64,000 bases of DNA from Felis catus (Eukaryota). A program made the translations under genes and the position numbers. Each line of letters starts with the position of its first letter. The first letter of the stretch is position 1. The notes under the pieces were generated by a model that did no database searches, had not been told where the DNA came from, and saw only the letters and a list, made by a program, of their open reading frames with translations. This document shows positions 12,707 to 24,200 of this stretch, piece by piece. The stretch is from assembly GCF_018350175.1 (NCBI RefSeq), contig NC_058368.1:100752001-100816000 (forward strand). The letters are read 5' to 3'.

Positions 12707-12920
12707 CGGGGCGCCTGGGTGGCTCAGTCGGTTAAGCATCCGACTTCGGCTCAGGTCATGATCTCGCGGTTTGTGGGTTTGAGCCCCATGTCGTGATCTG
12801 TACTGACAGCTCAGAGCCTGGAGCCTGTTTCGGATTCTGTGTCTCCTCCTCTCTCTCTGCACCCCCCCCCCCATGCTCTGTCTCTCTGTCTCACAATAAT
12901 AAATAAACGTTAAAAAACAA
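12707..12920 (+). mobile_element. Felid Can-SINE (SINEC_Fc type)
   Basis: CpG-rich head, AAATGTC flanks. Confidence 0.9.
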
Positions 12921-14641
12921 TTTTTTTAAATGTCCCCACAATCACACCTTCATAGAGTTTAAAATTTGTGAGAAAAAAATTAATTGTACAGTCTCTACCA
13001 ATTACAAATATGATTTCTCAGATATTTAGGGTCCTTTTATATAATTTATTCATGAAACATCATATCATTATGAAATATAAAGAAGATTCAGGGTTCTTAT
13101 TTAATTAGAACATTCTTTCAAACGGGGAGGGCAACAGGGAATGATATGTGAAGCCTCCTTCTTCATTGCAACATGACAACTTTAATATAAAAACACACTG
13201 AGGAATAGGATGTTCTCATTAAAGACACTGAGTGATGAACAACATCACACTATAACTCTGTAAGTAACATATTGACTCTGCGTATAATATTCTTTTCCCA
13301 TCTATGCAAATATTTTCCATTTACGCTCTGTTTGACAAGATAAAACCATTTTTAAATTACTTCCTTAAAGTGACACCAACTTCTTTATTTTTTCTAAGCT
13401 CTATCTTTACTTTCAACTAAAGCTATGGTTAAAGTTTTGGCTTCACTAGAAATTGTTTCAGGAAGGGGTTAGATATTGGCACAGGGAAACATTTTTTTAA
13501 TTTGACAAAACACCGCCAAACGCTTGGAATTTCTTCTGATCCCCGTTTGTACGTACAGTGTTTCTTTTTCACGGGCACTATGCTGGCCAGGAGCTCATTC
13601 CCATTAAGGAATTAAGTTTCTCAGTAAACCTCAGGGCTCTTTTGAGAATTCACTTGTCTCATAATGGTGCTTTGAAAGAAAACATAATTCCCGTTCAAAT
13701 GTCATCAGATGTACTGCTTTGGGGGCTGATTTAAGTGTGATATAAAAATGGTAAGATTCGAGACTCCCCCATTAGTCTGAACTTTAAATAGATCATATAT
13801 ATTCTGGCTTGAAGTCACCACATAGCTCTTTCATGGTCGGCTGCAAACTTTTCCGGTATTCCTGCCACCCTTGGTAATGCTTCTTGCTGTGGGAAGAGCC
13901 GTGTAAGCAGAAAATAAAATGTGTCTCTCTTTAATGCCATATGCGTCACCGCCTCCAGGCCACCATTCTGCCTCATCTGCCTAGAATTTAAGGAATGAGA
14001 TTTCTCTGTTTAGCTCTGTGCGTTATCTCCTCTAATCTTTTGAAGACACCGTTAAGGAAGTTACTATTTTTATTACCCTCATCTTGTAGATGAGGAAATT
14101 GAAGCATCAGGATAATCAGAAACTGCAAAGCCTGCGTGTTTTACCACTGCGCGGTAGTTTTAGAGACGAAGGAGCCTCAATCAATGTGTGTTCATGGGAT
14201 GTATACCTACTGCTCTGAAACTATGGGGTCTTACTGCATACATCCTTCCTCCCAAAGACTAGGATTTTTCAAGGCATCTGACTTCTGACAACAGTGGTCA
14301 TTATAAAGAAAACCCATGCTTATCAGAGATGATTTGTAGTTGTATTACTTAGAATTAGGTGTGGCTATGTGTGACAAAAATTCCCAAAGAATGGTGACTG
14401 AAACACAAAGAAGTTTGTTTCTATCTGATGTAAAAGCCTGGAGGGAAGCATCTTTGGGCTGGAACAGCAGATTCTCAGAGCCAGGGAGTCATGTCCCCTC
14501 TGTTGCATTCCTACACCAGTCCCTGGTTTCCTTGATGGCCCAAGACGTCTGTCACGGTGCCAGCAATTACATTTGAATTCCAGCCTACAGAATGAGAAAG
14601 AGGGTGAAGGGCGAGTCTCGTCCTTTTAAAGAGATTTCCCA

Positions 14642-14830
14642 GGGGGCATCTTGTGGCTCAGTCGGTTGAGTGTCCAACTCTTGATTTGCGCTCAGGTCTT
14701 GATCCCAGGGTCGTGGAATCGAGCCCTGACTCAGACTCCATGCTGAGCGTGAAGCCTGCTTAAGATTCTCTTTCTCTCTCCCTTTGCCCTTCTCCCCGAC
14801 CTGTGATCTCTCTTTCTCTCTCTCAGGAAG
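14642..14830 (+). mobile_element. Can-SINE
   Basis: SINE body inserted in an older MaLR-like region (~14340-14950). Confidence 0.85.
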
Positions 14831-15119
14831 AAAAAGACATTTCCTAAAAGTTGTGAGTAAAACTTTGTTGACATTAAATAAGATGACCAGAACTTAGTTA
14901 CATGGCCATCCCTGGCTATATAAGGAAGGAGGAAAAGTTCTCTTTATTCTGGATTGCCATGATGCCTCCTGAAACCTAACACTTACTCTTAAGGAGAATG
15001 GGGTAGGGCTGGATTTGGGGGATCAAGCCACCTGGGGGTGGGAAGCGGCAGGTGAGAATGCATTCCTGTTGGGAGAACAACAGGGTGAACTGGGGACTTG
15101 AGAGATCTGGAGAGCATAC

Positions 15120-15290
15120 ATAGCCAGATCTTTTCACATTTTAAAGAGAAGCCAGAAATGTGTTTTTTTTATGTAAAATTCCTGATTTTTAAATATTGCC
15201 AGTTCATCAAAACGTAAAAAAAAAAAAAAAAAAAAAACCCACTGTGTGCCAAATAAATCCCATCTGTGTCAAGCCCATAGGCTGACAGTT
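15120..15290. mobile_element. hAT-Charlie-type relic (MER103-like)
   Basis: 'gccagatc..aagagaagccagaaat..tttaaatattgcc..cactgtgtgccaaa'. Confidence 0.6.
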
Positions 15291-15553
15291 TCCTTCCTTT
15301 GATCTCAAAGAATTGGCTTTGTGTCTTTTTTTAGATGTATTTTCAGTTAAACAACAAATACTGATAGAGTACAATGTGTAAGGTGCCATGTCAAGGGCAA
15401 TGAAGGACAAAAAGATACTATCTTTCTTTGGAACGAGAAAGTCTCTGATGTAGGAGATGGGCTTGAGGACAAGAATGGAAAAAAAGACCCTGTAATACCT
15501 GGTATTTATTTATTGACTTACTTACTTTTCTGTGTACAGACTTCATTTTTTCC

Positions 15554-15760
15554 ATGATGATGATGATGATGATGATTTTATTTAAATTCAAGTTAGTTAA
15601 CATACAGTGCGGTATTGGTTTCAGGAGTAGAATTTAGTGATTCATCACTTACCTAAGAACACCCGGTGCTCGTCCCAACAGGTGTCCTCCTTAATGCCCA
15701 TCACCCATATAGCCCGTCCCTGCACCCACCTCCGCTGCAGCAACCCTTAGTTCGTTCTCT
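15554..15760 (-). mobile_element. Short L1 3' end with (ATG/CAT)n-converted tail
   Basis: 'aagttagttaacatacagtg..tttcaggagtagaattt..tcccaacaggtgtcctcc'; (ATG)7 at tail. Confidence 0.8.
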
Positions 15761-16324
15761 GCGATAACTGGATTTTAGTTGTATGTTGTTTTCACCGTGG
15801 TCCGGTTTCTTTCCCTGACCTCCAGCACGGTCTTCTTTCCCTAGGTCTTTCCTCCATGTTTCATGGTTTCCGTCTCCATTTTCCGCTCACCCAGGTCAAG
15901 AACTATGCCCCCTGAGTTCTGTATTCATAAATACATGTCTTGGAAATATCGAATAGTCTCTAATTTTGTTTGCCAACATTCTATTTTTCTGAAAAATTCC
16001 TTTAAGCATTTCTTCACATGCGCCAGTCCCTGGAAACCTAACCTTATAAACATACATCTCTGAACTTGACTTATTGTCCTCCAAAGAACGCATTGATGGG
16101 ACAAGAATTGTCAATACGTAAGGGTCTACAACATTCAGTATTACTCCTCCCAGAAGGAGAGAGAGGTGAGAGCCAAGGGTGAAGCCACCAAAGCCACTGA
16201 GTCAATTCTCTTAAGAACAGCATGGAGAGTGGAGCATAAGCTATTCTTCCCCTTGCCCTGGGGGACAGGAGACATCCAATTCTGCTGCATCCTCTGGTGC
16301 TGTCATAACTGGCAGGCTGGAGTC

Positions 16325-16502
16325 ACAGCTGGCTATAACATTTGCAGGACCCAGTGCAAAATGAAAATGCAGGACCCCTTGTTCATAATTGCTAAGAATT
16401 TGCAGACAGTGAGAGCAAAGCATTAAAGCATTAAACTCAGCATGGGGCACCTCTGAGTGCAGGATACAGTGTGGCTGCACACATCTCATGGCCGTGAAGC
16501 CA
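16325..16502 (-). mobile_element. MER45A-like hAT-Tip100 element
   Basis: 'cccagtgcaaaatgaaaatgcaggacccctt..ctgagtgcagg..gtgaagcc' matches recalled consensus. Confidence 0.7.
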
Positions 16503-17972
16503 ACTGTGACTGTGGTAGTTGCCAGGGAAGTGGGCAGCGGGTGGGTAGCAGGAAAACAAAGCCCAGAAACAGATGGTGAAGGACTTGGCAGGGGCATTTT
16601 GGACTCAGAGAGGTGCGAGGGCAGTTGGCCGTCTGAGGGGAAACATGGAGGGGAAGGGATAACGGGTTTTTGTTCATTTAAGTGTCACAATCTGCGTGTC
16701 TCCCTTCACGGTGTTCAAGAAATACGAGTGAGCGAACAGTTATTTTGAAAGAACGGTTTAGTCTCTAGGAGTCTGGTGTCATTCAGGGACTGAGACACTG
16801 GGGTCACAACTCTAGACCCATTTCATAGCTACTAGTGAAGTCACTGGTTAAGGGATCACTGATACTTTTAGAGTACTGGTAGTCTGCATATTTATGATCT
16901 GTGAGAAAGAGAACACCATGCTTGACTTCCTTTCTTCCTTCCTCCAACAAATGTGAAGTCCTTCATTATCTTTGACTAAGGAGCTTCAATATTTTCACTG
17001 AACAATTGTTAAAAGTTAAGCAGCCAAAGGATTATTTGGTTAAGCAACCAAAGGATTATTTCTCCCACTACAATTGCAAAGATCAAAACGAATCTTCTTT
17101 GTTCATAGCTGCTACCCTATATGTCACCTCACTCAGTAGAAGTTATGTTCAAGGAAAAGGTCTCTCCAGAGTCTTCTGGATCTGTTGGTCTCACTCCTAT
17201 ACAACCTTCCATCCATATCTGACTTCCATTTTTCTCTTTTCACCGTGGCTCCTATAGCCCCAGTTGCTATGCAAATCAAATGTTCTCATATCATTGATTT
17301 CTTCCCAGAAAACTCCTTTGACCTCCATGCCTCGAGTAGTAGGTCACTTTTCACCAAAAAGATAGCTCATGCTGGGTTCTAAAGTCACTTTTGTACTACC
17401 ACTTTTTAATATCCTTGAAAACAGTTCCTTCTTCTTTAGATGCATACCACCTGCTATCACTCCTTGTCATTGGAAAGCACCTATTTCTGGTCACCCCCTC
17501 CCTTTTCAGGGGTCTCAAAATATTTAGCTGCCTTATCTTTCCACCAAGCTCATTCTAAAAATATCTAACCTGGAATCAATCCAACCATCCACCTCCACTC
17601 CTACACCTCCAATGCTAGACTACAGGAGAAAATAACACAAATGTTGGGATTATTGCCACCAGAAACATATGGTCTCCACCTCAGTTTAGGCTTCCAGTAC
17701 TATTTGCCAGTTCCTTATATGTCCCGTGTGAATATTCTCTCCAAAACTTCACAAGATCTGTTGAAAATACTCTCCAATTTCCTTATGCCACCTGTGCTGA
17801 TACTGACCTCTTTTCTCTTAGAAATTAGTCTCTCTTACCCCATAGGGAAAAAAGCGCTCTTAGGTGTGGACTTTTTCCATTTCCTGTCCCTGTAGTATTT
17901 ACAAGTCTATGTAATACATACAATAAGTCTACATACAACAATAATACAATAAGTCTATGAATGCATCCACCC

Positions 17973-18413
17973 TGTGGTAAACTGATTGCATCAGTGGCCC
18001 AAATTAATGGCCTCTCTTTTCCACACCTTTTGCCCTGCAACTTTGTAGTCCCCTCCCATTCTCACCCTGGGGTTGGCTCTGCGACTTCTCTGAAGGCTTG
18101 AAAAAGTTCTTGTGTGTCTCCACCTTCTTTTTTGGAACCCTGTCTTAGTCTTCAGAAGAAGCCCAGCCTAGAAGGATGAAAATACAGGTAGCTGCATTGA
18201 TAATTGTCTTAGCCAAGACCAGCCTTGTCCTGCCAGCCCTTAGTCAATCCCTCAGTCGACCACAGATATAATCTGAACAAGCCCTAAGACAAGATTTGCC
18301 AAATCTGGTCCAGTGGAACCACCTCACTGACCTGCAGACTTGTTAGAAATAATAAATGGTTTTGTTTTCAACGACTACGTTTCGGATGGTTTGTTATGCA
18401 CAATAGCTAATAC
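17973..18413 (+). mobile_element. MaLR LTR (MLT1-type)
   Basis: TGTGG start; 3' end 'ggtttgttatgcacaatagctaataca'. Confidence 0.7.
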
Positions 18414-18732
18414 AAGACTCTGACTTCCCTCTCTCTGTTCTCAGGGGAAGAAGTGTACCTTCTTTTTTTAAGGCAAATTCCTACTTCTTGCCCTTTATCC
18501 CATTCTTGCCTGTAACCTTTCAGATCTCTTCCCTTCTGATCATATCTCTCTGTATTATATGTTCAATCTCTTGATCCGCTTTCACCTCTTTCCCTAATAC
18601 ATGAACACGTGTAAATCTCTCTAAAATAAAACAAACATACACATAAAAAAATAAACCTGTGTGTTCAGCAAGTTACTAACCTATTCTGTCATTCTTTCCA
18701 TTTATATGTCCTGAAAGAAAAGTCTATACTTG

Positions 18733-19131
18733 TATATTTGTCTGGGTTCTCCAGAGAAAAAGAACTAGGCTGGAGACTCAGGGGAATGTTGCAGTTCAAG
18801 TCCAAAGACAGTCTGTTGGCAAATTCCTTCTTGCTTAGGGGAGGTCAGTCTTTGTTCTATGAAGGCCCTCAACTGATTGGATGAGGCCCACCCGTATCAT
18901 ACAGGGCAATCTACTTTACTCAAAGTCTGCTGATTTACATGTTAATCTCATCCCAAATACATCTTCATGGAGAAATCAAGAAAAATGTTTGACCAAATAT
19001 CTGGGCACCACAGTCTGGGCAGGTTAACTTAACAAGTTAACTTGTTAACTTAATTTACAAGTTTGTTTAACAAGTTTATTACAAGTTTATTACAAGTTTA
19101 TTTAACAATTTAACAAGAAATTACCATCACA
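18733..19131 (-). mobile_element. ERVL LTR (MLT2-type)
   Basis: 'gggttctccagagaaa..tcaactgattggatgaggcccacc..catcaca'; 5-bp TSD ACTTG (18728-18732, 19132-19136). Confidence 0.8.
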
Positions 19132-19275
19132 ACTTGCTGTATCCATTTTTTGTGCTCATTAATTATTAACCCTTTTCAGTCATCATCTTATTAATATGCC
19201 CAACACATTTAATATGAATAAACACTCTTCTTTGTCCTTTTACTTCCTTTATAGCCCTCTCTCCTAGACTGCTTC

Positions 19276-19277
<2 letters not shown>

Positions 19278-19318
<41 letters not shown>

Positions 19319-19503
19319 CTGTTTTTAGAAAGAAAGTGTATGTGACCAGGAGAGAGGAACAGAGGGAGAGAGAGAGAGAGAATCCCAAGCAGGCTCCCCA
19401 TTCAGTGCGGAGCCAGATGTGGGGCTTGATCCCACGACCCTGGGATCATGACCTAAACTGAAATCGAGACTTGGATACCCAACTGAGCCACTCAGGTTCC
19501 CCC
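19278..19503 (-). mobile_element. Can-SINE with adjacent (TC)n
   Basis: SINE body on - strand; (TC)~17 at 19278-19312. Confidence 0.85.
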
Positions 19504-19692
19504 CTTTGCCTGCTTCTTAAATGACCCTTAGGGTTGTGCTGCCAAGACTGTCTGGATCTTTTTTTGTGCTAGTTGCTTTAACTACTATATTTTCCACTTA
19601 GCCCTCTTTTCTGAGTTTTGTGTATTCATTCATTTTTCCATTGAAGGTATTAATAGGGTTTATATTTTATTGAGTACTAAACACTAGAGGTT

Positions 19693-20219
19693 TGTGGCAA
19701 CCTCTAAAATGGCCCCCAAGATCCCTGCCTCCTGTTATTCACACCCTTGTTCTGCCCCTCCCTTTGGGTGTTAACTTGTAAATGAGATGCTATTTCTCAG
19801 ATTAGGTTATAAAAAGACGTTGGTTTCTGTCTTGCTCACCATCTCTTGTTATTGGTGCTGTCTCACTCTCTCTTTCCTAGAGGGAAAGCAGGCTGACATA
19901 TATGGTGTGAGGGGCATTACAGGGAGGCTTGTGTGGCGGTGAACTCACATGTCCAGTCAACAGCCAGTGGGAACTTGAGGCATGCCACCAGCCATGAGAG
20001 TGAGCTTGGAAGGAGATCCTCTCCCAGTTGAGTCTTGAATTGGCTGTAGCTCTGGTAGATATCTTTATTTCAGACTTGTGGGACACCCCCGAGTCAGAGG
20101 CACTCAGCTAAGGTGCACTTGGATTTTTGAGCCACAGGTAGCATGAGAAAATCTATTTTGTGTTTTTAAGCCATTTAAGTTTGGTGTAATTTGTTTTACA
20201 GCAATAGATAACTAATACA
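19693..20219 (+). mobile_element. MaLR LTR (MLT1-type)
   Basis: 'tgtggcaacctctaaaatggcccccaa' start; 'gcaatagataactaataca' end. Confidence 0.8.
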
Positions 20220-21009
20220 GGGTGACCCAGGATCCAAAGTCACTTAAGAAATAGCCCCTAAATGCAGTGATCCTCCAGACTATTAGGGGTGATTGAAAAG
20301 AGGCCATGATCACGGTACAATATGATAGGTGTTTTAGAAACATACAGAGAAGTGATGGGAGAACACAGAGGAGAATTTTTCAATTGTGCTTGAAGGCTAG
20401 TGGATTCACTCAGCAGATTTTATTTTGTCATTGAAGAAGGATGGTAAGTCATCTGAAAAAAATGAGCAGAAAAGGTGATAGGATGCTTGAGGAGAAAATT
20501 AATTTTTAGAACTTCTACCAGAAAGAATAATGAAGGATTTGGAAAAGAAATAAATAACAGAGTTGGAGGTTCGAGATCATGGACTTATATGACTTTCGAT
20601 TAGGGTTGGGGGTTACTTATCAAATGGTCTTAGCAATATGGATACAAGATGAGAGAGGCTGGTGGTTGAATTTGGGATTTCAGAGAAGATTAAACAGAAG
20701 AGCAAAAACCAAGGCATAAAAGCACTTGAGAAAAATAGTAAGACAATTTTTATAGTTCTGGCTCATGGAATTCAGGTTGAATAGGGAAAGAAAGACAACC
20801 AAAGCTCCTAAGAATTTGTGGGAAATACAGCTGATTCTGACCTCCTATCAATCACTAGGACTAAAGGAGTCAATAGTATTTGGCCTAGAGCCTAGGTCAG
20901 CCCTCCATTCTTGAGTCGGAGGAGACTTTTAGAAAGGAATGGTTACCCAGAAGGAGGGCCAGTTATGCTATCATGAAAAGAGTGAATGAATGCTTTATAA
21001 CAGAGCCTA

Positions 21010-21386
21010 GTGGTTCCCTATGATAGTTTCCGTTTCCTCCAGAGTATGAGAACCTCTAATTTTTAGGGAGTAGAATAACAACTGCATTTCCTCATTTCCC
21101 ATAGCTAGAGATAGCCATGTAACTAATGAGCTGTTCAAAGAGATGTGGACAGAAGTGGTGAGTACAACTTCTGGATTCGGCCCTTGAAGGGAAGGGGATG
21201 GCATTCTCTTTCCCTTTTACTCCTTTTCTGCCAGCTGGAAAGTAGTTGTGGTGGAGAGCTTACTTGACCATGAGGAAGAGATTACATCCTAGGGAGGGTA
21301 AAGCAACAGAAGGAGCCCATAAATCCTAAATGATCTCATAGAGCCTCCATGGTCCTACATGACAAACTACATTTTTTTTAAGCCAC
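21010..21386 (+). mobile_element. Old MaLR LTR fragment, interrupted by the solo LTR
   Basis: 'ctgcatttcc..catgtaactaa..cttgaccatgag..tttaagccac'. Confidence 0.6.
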
Positions 21387-21800
21387 TATGTGAACCAGAC
21401 GAATGCCATCTTGGACAAATCCACCATGATGACCCCTCTGTGACCTGAAGCCTACCTGAGCACAGCCCCACCAACACCCCCAACACATTCTTTCTTTTTG
21501 TTAACCGCACCCTTAAGTACACCCTCAGGGCATAGCGTCCCTGATCTGCTTTGGAGATATGACTATGGCACACACCTATTTTAAAAACTCTCCTCCTGTG
21601 TGGTCCCCAAGCAAGTACTCCCCAGCCTCTACGTCTATAAAAGCAGATCTTATGGGAGGTAGGGTTGTGGAGATCTATTCTGCTTGCTGCCACCGAAGGA
21701 ACGCTTCTGTCTGTAAGTCTCCTTAATAAACCATTTCTTGGTCTTACGGCCTCTTCGGCCTCTGAAGGTCATTCTGCATGTACCTCCCTTTTACAGAACA
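21387..21800 (+). mobile_element. Solo ERV LTR (~414 bp)
   Basis: 5-bp TSD GCCAC (21382-21386, 21801-21805); ends CA; TATAAAA 21636-21642; AATAAA 21725-21730. Confidence 0.8.
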
Positions 21801-22258
21801 GCCACTTTTAATTTCAATCAAAGGCGGCTGGACTTATTTCAACCAAATCAGATGTGTAGTACAAAAAATAATCTGGGAATACAAATGGTCATAGCAGAAG
21901 ACAGAAAGTAGTAAGCAATAAACAGAGACAGAGGTAAACATTAGGGATGCAGAGAAGAATCCTGTCTACCCAGGCTGTGAGCTTTCAGAAGAGGTTAAAG
22001 TGTTTGATCAGTGACAGGTCCAGACTGTAGGTTGGTGGGGTGCAGGCCGGGGAATGCACCTCAACAGCTGATTCTTCCAGACAGGGACACAGCAGTGGCT
22101 CCAGAAAGCATTGGTGATGGTAGCACAATGGTGGCAATCGGTCTCTGCATGAAATTAACCCAAGCAACATTTGAAGTTGGATATACTTATTTAAATTACT
22201 CATGGTTTGGGCTAATGCATCTTGATAATCATCATAGAAATGTAGAAATTTAGGAGTG

Positions 22259-22470
22259 GGGGCGCCTGGGTAGCTCAGTTGGTTGAAGGCCTGACTCTTG
22301 ATTTCAGCTCAGGTCATGATTTCACTGTTCCAGCCTTGTGTTGGGCTCTTCACTGACAGTGTGGAGCCTGCTTGGGATTCTCTCTCTCCCTCTCTCTCTC
22401 TGTCTGCCCCTTCCCCCTCGCGATCTCTCTCTGTCTCTCAAAATAAATAAATAAACATTAAAAAAAAAAA
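22259..22470 (+). mobile_element. Can-SINE
   Basis: Full body with A tail. Confidence 0.9.
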
Positions 22471-22739
22471 GCTTAGGGATGGAAAAAAAAATCCTCGCAA
22501 ATAGAAAAACCTGCTCTAATGCGGTTTAAAAAATAAGTTCCAGAGATGCTAAGTAAGTTTTGCACATAGTCAGTAGCACCCAGGCCTAATTCCCATGTCT
22601 TTGAGTGTTGAGAGTTTGTACTTAATTTGTAAAGAATCCCATCAAAGCTTTTTATTCCTCCAGCAAAATTATAACCCCAGGTTGCTGTTGGCGATGCCCT
22701 CTTTTAATTTTCTATGAGCATACTTTGCATTAGCAAAGC

Positions 22740-22940
22740 ACTTTTTAGCCTTTAGAATATTTTCACATATTTTCTCATATTATCCTGAGAATAATCCTGT
22801 GCAATCAAGTGACTGGAGGATTAGTAACATTTCCATTTTGCTGCTAAGGAAATTGAAGCTGAAAAGTCTCCAAAAGACCATCCCAGGATGAGGCGCTAGT
22901 AATTGGAGGAGGGAATTATTAGGCTCTCGCCAATCATTCA
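22740..22940 (-). mobile_element. MIR fragment
   Basis: 'tttcacatattttctcat..ccattttg..aggaaattgaagct' MIR core. Confidence 0.6.
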
Positions 22941-22989
22941 CTGCTTTTCCTGTTATTTGTCCAGGCTTTCTCATACTTTATGAAGCAAA

Positions 22990-23168
22990 ACTAATGTGTG
23001 GCTCAAGTATTTGGAGTTAACTAAAGTGAAATAAAATTTAAAACTCAGCTCCTTCGTCACAGTAGTTACAAGAAGGGCTCAGTGGTCATGCCTGGCCAGC
23101 AGTTACTCTACAGGACAGCGCTGACAGAGAACATTTCAATCATATCAAAGAGATCTGTGGGACAGCCT
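22990..23168 (-). mobile_element. MER3-like hAT-Charlie element
   Basis: 'taaaatttaaaaactcagctcc..ggacagcgctg..agaacatttc..ggacagc' is the reverse complement of recalled MER3. Confidence 0.7.
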
Positions 23169-23369
23169 AAAGAGGGGTCTCTTTTCCACCAAACCTCAAT
23201 CTTGCCCTCAATCTGTGTATAATCCAAGCCTAAAGACTGGTCCCCAAACTCTTCCACCTTCCTGAAGGACACTTGAAAAGCGGTAATGCCGGTTTTAAAA
23301 GTGGCCCAGACTTGCTACGAAGGTGATGGTAATAAAAGTGCACGAGTCTTCCACCGACAGCACAGCAAG

Positions 23370-24200
23370 CGGGCGGTGAGAGGGGATGGCCACCCAGACG
23401 CGGAGGTGGATGGAGAGGCGGATGGGCGGGGCTCAGCGCCGTGCTCAGGGGCGGGCGGCATCACGAGGCCGGGGCGGGGCCGCGAGGGGCGGGGCCGGGG
23501 GGCGGGGGAGCGAGGCGGCGAGCGCGCCAGCTTTGCCGTGCGTGCTCACGTGACAGGTCCGCGAGGCCCCGCTCGCGCAGTCGTCTGGACGAGCGAAGAT
23601 GGCGGCGGAGAGGGAGCCTCCTCCGCTGGGGGACGGGAAGCCCACCGACTTTGAGGAGCTGGAAGACGGAGAAGACCTGTTCACCAGTACTGTGTCCACC
23701 CTAGAGGTGAGACCGCGTCGCCATGGGTGCTGCGCTCCGCTCCTGCCGCGCGTCTCACCTTTAGGTGCCTTTCCCCTGCCGGGACTTGTCCCTCCCCACC
23801 CCCCGGGTTTGCAGGGACCTGGTCGGGGCGACACCTGTGACGCGGGCCCGCCTCTGGTACCTGTCAGTGGGCTGGAGCGTGGCCTGGGCGGCCAGCCTCC
23901 CTCACGAGACCAGCCTGGCGGGCTGGGGGTCGACCTGATCCTTTGAGGGGTCGGGACCGGCCCGAGCGTTGCAGCGCCCTTTCCCGGTTCAGCCGGCCTT
24001 CCTCGGTGTCATTTGCACCTCTTCTCCAAAGCCGAGGGTCTTGCCCTGAATCCTGGTAAACCTTACCACCCTCCCGGGCGACCTCCGCAGCCCCCTTTGG
24101 AGAGGTGCTCGCTTTTCCTTTACCAAGGGAGGGTGTGCCCCTGGGAGGGGAGAGCAGTGAACGGAGCGTTGAGTGGCCGTGGCTCTCCAGGGAGCTTGTG
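23370..24200 (+). promoter_or_regulatory. SNX2 CpG-island promoter with GC boxes, E-box/CLEAR-like site and YY1 motif
   Basis: High GC and CpG density; GGGGCGGGG boxes at ~23471 and ~23486; TCACGTGAC 23546-23554; AAGATGGCGGC 23596-23606; no obvious TATA box. Confidence 0.9.
23599..23706 (+). CDS. SNX2: SNX2 coding exon 1 (aa 1-36, MAAEREPPPLGDGKPTDFEELEDGEDLFTSTVSTLE)
   Basis: Translation matches the recalled SNX2 N-terminus; ATG in aagATGg context inside CpG island; donor GAG|gtgaga; 108 nt, phase 0. Confidence 0.97.
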
